Source of the DNA: Leptolyngbya sp.
Lineage (GTDB): Bacteria > Cyanobacteriota > Cyanobacteriia > Phormidesmidales > Phormidesmidaceae
Direction of reading: 5' to 3'
Assembly: GCA_040374235.1 (NCBI GenBank)
Contig: JBEIUS010000001.1
Coordinates: 1 to 63,221 of the forward strand
Length of the DNA stretch: 63,221 nucleotides
Shown here: piece after piece, positions 60,437 through 63,221 of the stretch
Numbering within the stretch: the stretch's first letter is position 1
Layout: every line of letters begins with the position of its first letter
Position numbers and translations under genes: made by a program
Notes under the pieces: model-generated
What the model was told of the DNA's origin: nothing
The model's input: the letters and a program-made list of their open reading frames with translations, nothing else
The model's database searches: none

Positions 60437-60643
60437 TTAAAGAGCTAGTGTGAACCCGGAGATCTGCTGGGAAAAGCTGAACCATTTCATGTCTCCTAGG
60501 AGGACGTTTGAAACGTATTCAGCGGTTAAAACCGCTACTACACAAACCACCTCCGTCGCTGCGGACTCAATAAAATCCAGGCTTTCAGTAACCTGCGAGT
60601 GATTAAAATTCAAATTTATTTCTGGATCACCAAAAGTTAACAT
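60437..60643 (-). other. Short ORF just downstream of the glycosyltransferase, possible gene remnant
   Basis: ATG 7 bp after the GT stop; 68 aa; no recognised motif. Confidence 0.25.
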
Positions 60644-60650
60644 GAGTCGG

Positions 60651-61670
60651 TTAGTACTGACCTATTTCATCCGCAACCTCATCTAAGATACGACCTAAAG
60701 CGGATCCAGCCGCTTCATCAGAAAAGTGCTCCGCCGCATAACGGGCAGCCCCATTCCCTAAACGTTGCCGAAGGTCTGAATCAAACCATAATCGTTCAAT
60801 ACTTTCGCTTAATTCCTCGGCCGCCCCAGGAACAGTGAGCAATCCAGTTTCTCCATCGATAATGTAGTCTTCCGAGCCTGTGGTACGGGTGGCGACTACT
60901 GCCCGTCCCATTCGCAAGGTTGCCACAATGGTAGATGGGCCGGTGGCAATTTCTTTGTCTAAAAGGGGTACGACGTTGACCCTGGCCTGTTGAGCTAAAC
61001 GGTAGCAATCCCTCAAAGTTAGACCATTGCGGATCTCAACGTTCGCCGGAATGGTGAGTCCTTCCAGGGCATGCTGACCTGCTACCACAATGGTTCGAAA
61101 CCCTAGTTGTTCAACTACCTCAAACAGAAGACGGTAGTCCCGTTGGGCAGAACCCATGGCCAGCAGAAACGGATCATCCTCTTCCTCCGGAGCCATCACA
61201 GGAATTTCAGGAATTTGATAAGGGACAAATTCGAAGTGCTCCAAGGGGAGCTGCAACCATTCGCTGTAGCTTTTGCGTTCCCTGCGGGAGTGAACCACAA
61301 AGCGGTTGATCTTGTTGACTGCCTGTCGAGCTAGTAAACCTTTCACTCCTGAATAGCATGCTCCTAGGTTAAAGCACCAGGCCACTACAGGCATGGATTT
61401 ACGGGCTAACTGCTGCTGTATACCTGCCGTGGCAGCCAGTTGGGGGAAAGCTGTAATGACACCTCTATCATTCCTAAATGCCTGTTGGCTTTGTTGCCAG
61501 ATGCCTAGCCATTCATGTAGCTGGGTTAAAACCTTTCTTTGCTGATGCCAACTCTTCACTAAATACTGGTTCGGAAGAACATGCAAGCGGTGACGATTTC
61601 CTGGCACATAGTCGGCTAACCAGCGCTGTTCTGTACTTTGAGTAAACCGTGCAACAAATGCCCAATCCAT
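60651..61670 (-). CDS. GT4-like glycosyltransferase
   Basis: MGSAQRDY, G..VVATRTTG..DYIIDGETGL and L...LG..A; visibly more AT-rich than core genes. Confidence 0.85.
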   Translation of the reverse strand: MDWAFVARFTQSTEQRWLADYVPGNRHRLHVLPNQYLVKSWHQQRKVLTQLHEWLGIWQQSQQAFRNDRGVITAFPQLAATAGIQQQLARKSMPVVAWCFNLGACYSGVKGLLARQAVNKINRFVVHSRRERKSYSEWLQLPLEHFEFVPYQIPEIPVMAPEEEDDPFLLAMGSAQRDYRLLFEVVEQLGFRTIVVAGQHALEGLTIPANVEIRNGLTLRDCYRLAQQARVNVVPLLDKEIATGPSTIVATLRMGRAVVATRTTGSEDYIIDGETGLLTVPGAAEELSESIERLWFDSDLRQRLGNGAARYAAEHFSDEAAGSALGRILDEVADEIGQY

Positions 61671-62141
61671 TGAATTAATTCCTTGGTCAAATTTGTAAAT
61701 TACTACAAAAATCGGATTCTACCTAAGCAACGAACTACACGGCGAGATCCCCCTAACTCCCTTATTAAGCGAGTTAAAGGATGTCTCTTGGAAGACGAAA
61801 AGCTGGGGTACTGAAGCTGGGTAAATTGGTATCTTACTGAACTGAGAACTGCTCTAGCTCAATCTTGAATGTCAGACTAAACTGTTTCATAGTTTCTCCT
61901 GATATCGGTATCAGGAACCTACTGCCAGTCTGCGGAATGTAAGATAAAACTAAAAATCTTAAAAGAAGACCGGATTGAAGAAAAAGTGTGATGACCGACA
62001 GGACTAGTAGCGATCTAAATCACGTAGATCTTGAGTAGATACTAAACTTAGTCCCCAGCGTGAATCCGGATAGGTTTTAAGGCTTAACGCTTTCTTCATA
62101 ATTTTTCTGGTTCTGTTAAAGATTTGTAGCTGTCGTAGCTG

Positions 62142-62221
62142 GTAATAATTCACTCCTCTCTGGCAAAACGGCTACAACCCTTGATTCCTCGTTCGAATAA
62201 GGGGGAGGTATGAACGGTTAC
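62142..62221 (+). mobile_element. MITE family A with 9-bp target-site duplication
   Basis: GTAATAATTCAC...ATGAACGGTTAC flanked by tcgtagctg (62133-41, 62222-30). Confidence 0.87.
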
Positions 62222-62286
62222 TCGTAGCTGTACCTATCTTGATTGAGATATGCTTGGGCTTCCACAGAAGTGCAGGTATCATTGAA

Positions 62287-62937
62287 CTACTGAACTGGGC
62301 GCAGTTCAATCAGGTAGCCGCAGCGATGTTCGCCGTTTACCAGCCAATGGGTACGGGTGACCTGACAGTCGGGCAAAGCCAGCTCAAACATTTCTAGCTC
62401 GTGGCCGCAGACGGAGGGAAAGGACTGGGCAATTTGGGAAATAGCGCAGTTGTATTCGGTAATCACATAGCGGGGCGGGTGATCTAGGGGGGGGGGGGCT
62501 GCCAAATGCCATTCTGCCATGTAGCCTTATGCCTTACGCAGTATAACCAACCCGGCCACCCGCTCCGCCAGGGAGCCTGCTCCCACATGGTGACGATACT
62601 CCAGAGCTTTGCGTTCCCACTGTTTGCGCAGAATCGTGCCCACCTGCTCTTGGCCAACGGTTTCCGCCAAGGTATCGAGCAAAGAAATGGCGAACTCATC
62701 GTACTGTGCCGGGAAGCGGTGCCGTCCCTTAGAACTGAGTTGGTAGAGATGGTTAGGGCGACCCATACCTTCGTGGACAGTACGGTGCTCGATCAGGGCC
62801 TCCGCCTCTAAGTCCTTGAGATGACGACGAATAGCCTGGGCGCTCACTTGAAACTGATCAGCCAGTTCCTGGGCTGTGGCCTGTCCCTGTTTTAACAGGT
62901 AGGTCAAAATATCATCCTTGGTGGAGGTTTGTTGCAC
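62287..62937 (-). pseudogene. sufR: Fe-S cluster biogenesis repressor SufR with in-frame nonsense codon
   Basis: HTH STKDDIL...AIRRHLKDL, GRP..Y; LRKA-TAA-GYMAEW at 62527-29; C-terminal NCAIS, VCGHEL and HRCGY. Confidence 0.9.
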
Positions 62938-63074
62938 GGAGGTGATCGCTATAGCCTACAGGAAATCCAGACTAGAACTACAGAGACAGGGGGTAAGCAG
63001 GGGAGAGAACAGATTCCCATCCGCTAAGCCTTTCCCACGGTAGCATAGTTTTCGAGTGGACATGACAACTTTGA

Positions 63075-63127
63075 CAACATAACCGTTGCTAAAGTACCCT
63101 GAGATCAGTTAGGCAACTAAAGTGTTG
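63075..63127. promoter_or_regulatory. Tandem SufR operators
   Basis: CAAC-ATAACC-GTTG (63075-88) and CAAC-TAAAGT-GTTG (63114-27), 25 bp apart, upstream of sufR. Confidence 0.85.
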
Positions 63128-63221
63128 CTTTAATCGTATAAAATTAGTGGACTGTGCCGTCGCCTTCCCCTTTAGTAATGACTGATCAGAAAACCTCCCA
63201 GGCTTCCGATAAAAACCTCGA

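Noticed and set aside
61928-61946. IS1634-like end TGCGGAATGTAAG
   Set aside because: Only a short match, with no transposase remnant or matching partner end that I can support
60342-62221. Composite transposon of two family A MITEs carrying the GT4 gene
   Set aside because: Each MITE has its own different TSD, indicating independent insertions

Overview
GC-rich cyanobacterial chromosomal window. HIP1 octamers (GCGATCGC) are abundant, and the OCP/FRP, psb27/psb28 and ccaA genes fit a filamentous Leptolyngbya/Nodosilinea-like organism (inference). Most of it is housekeeping and photosynthesis-associated: ARTO-type ctaD/ctaE, ndk, sdhB, hisH, an M16 protease pair, gyrB, pyruvate kinase, phosphoketolase, ppc, cyclophilin and OCP-FRP. 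Notable content: (1) a split olefin-synthase (Ols/CurM-like) cluster, FAAL-ACP plus KS-AT-KR-ACP-ST-TE, translationally coupled to a DUF6208-like gene of unknown function; (2) a short IF3 paralogue with an AUU start, preceded by a candidate four-stem cloverleaf leader RNA; (3) a secreted iota-class (COG4337-like) carbonic anhydrase behind an 8-bp inverted-repeat operator candidate; (4) sufR broken by an in-frame TAA, with both CAAC-N6-GTTG operators intact; (5) miaA frameshifted in a homopolymer; (6) an MBOAT plus SGNH-like (DUF1574) pair whose partner carries four copies of an unnamed cytoplasmic module; (7) a His-tailed HemH-like chelatase; (8) a CrtI-type desaturase; (9) at least four families of short dispersed MITE-like repeats, two copies with clear 8-9 bp target-site duplications. 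No tRNA, rRNA, CRISPR array or intact transposase was recognised. All family assignments are from motif recognition by eye, not database searches.
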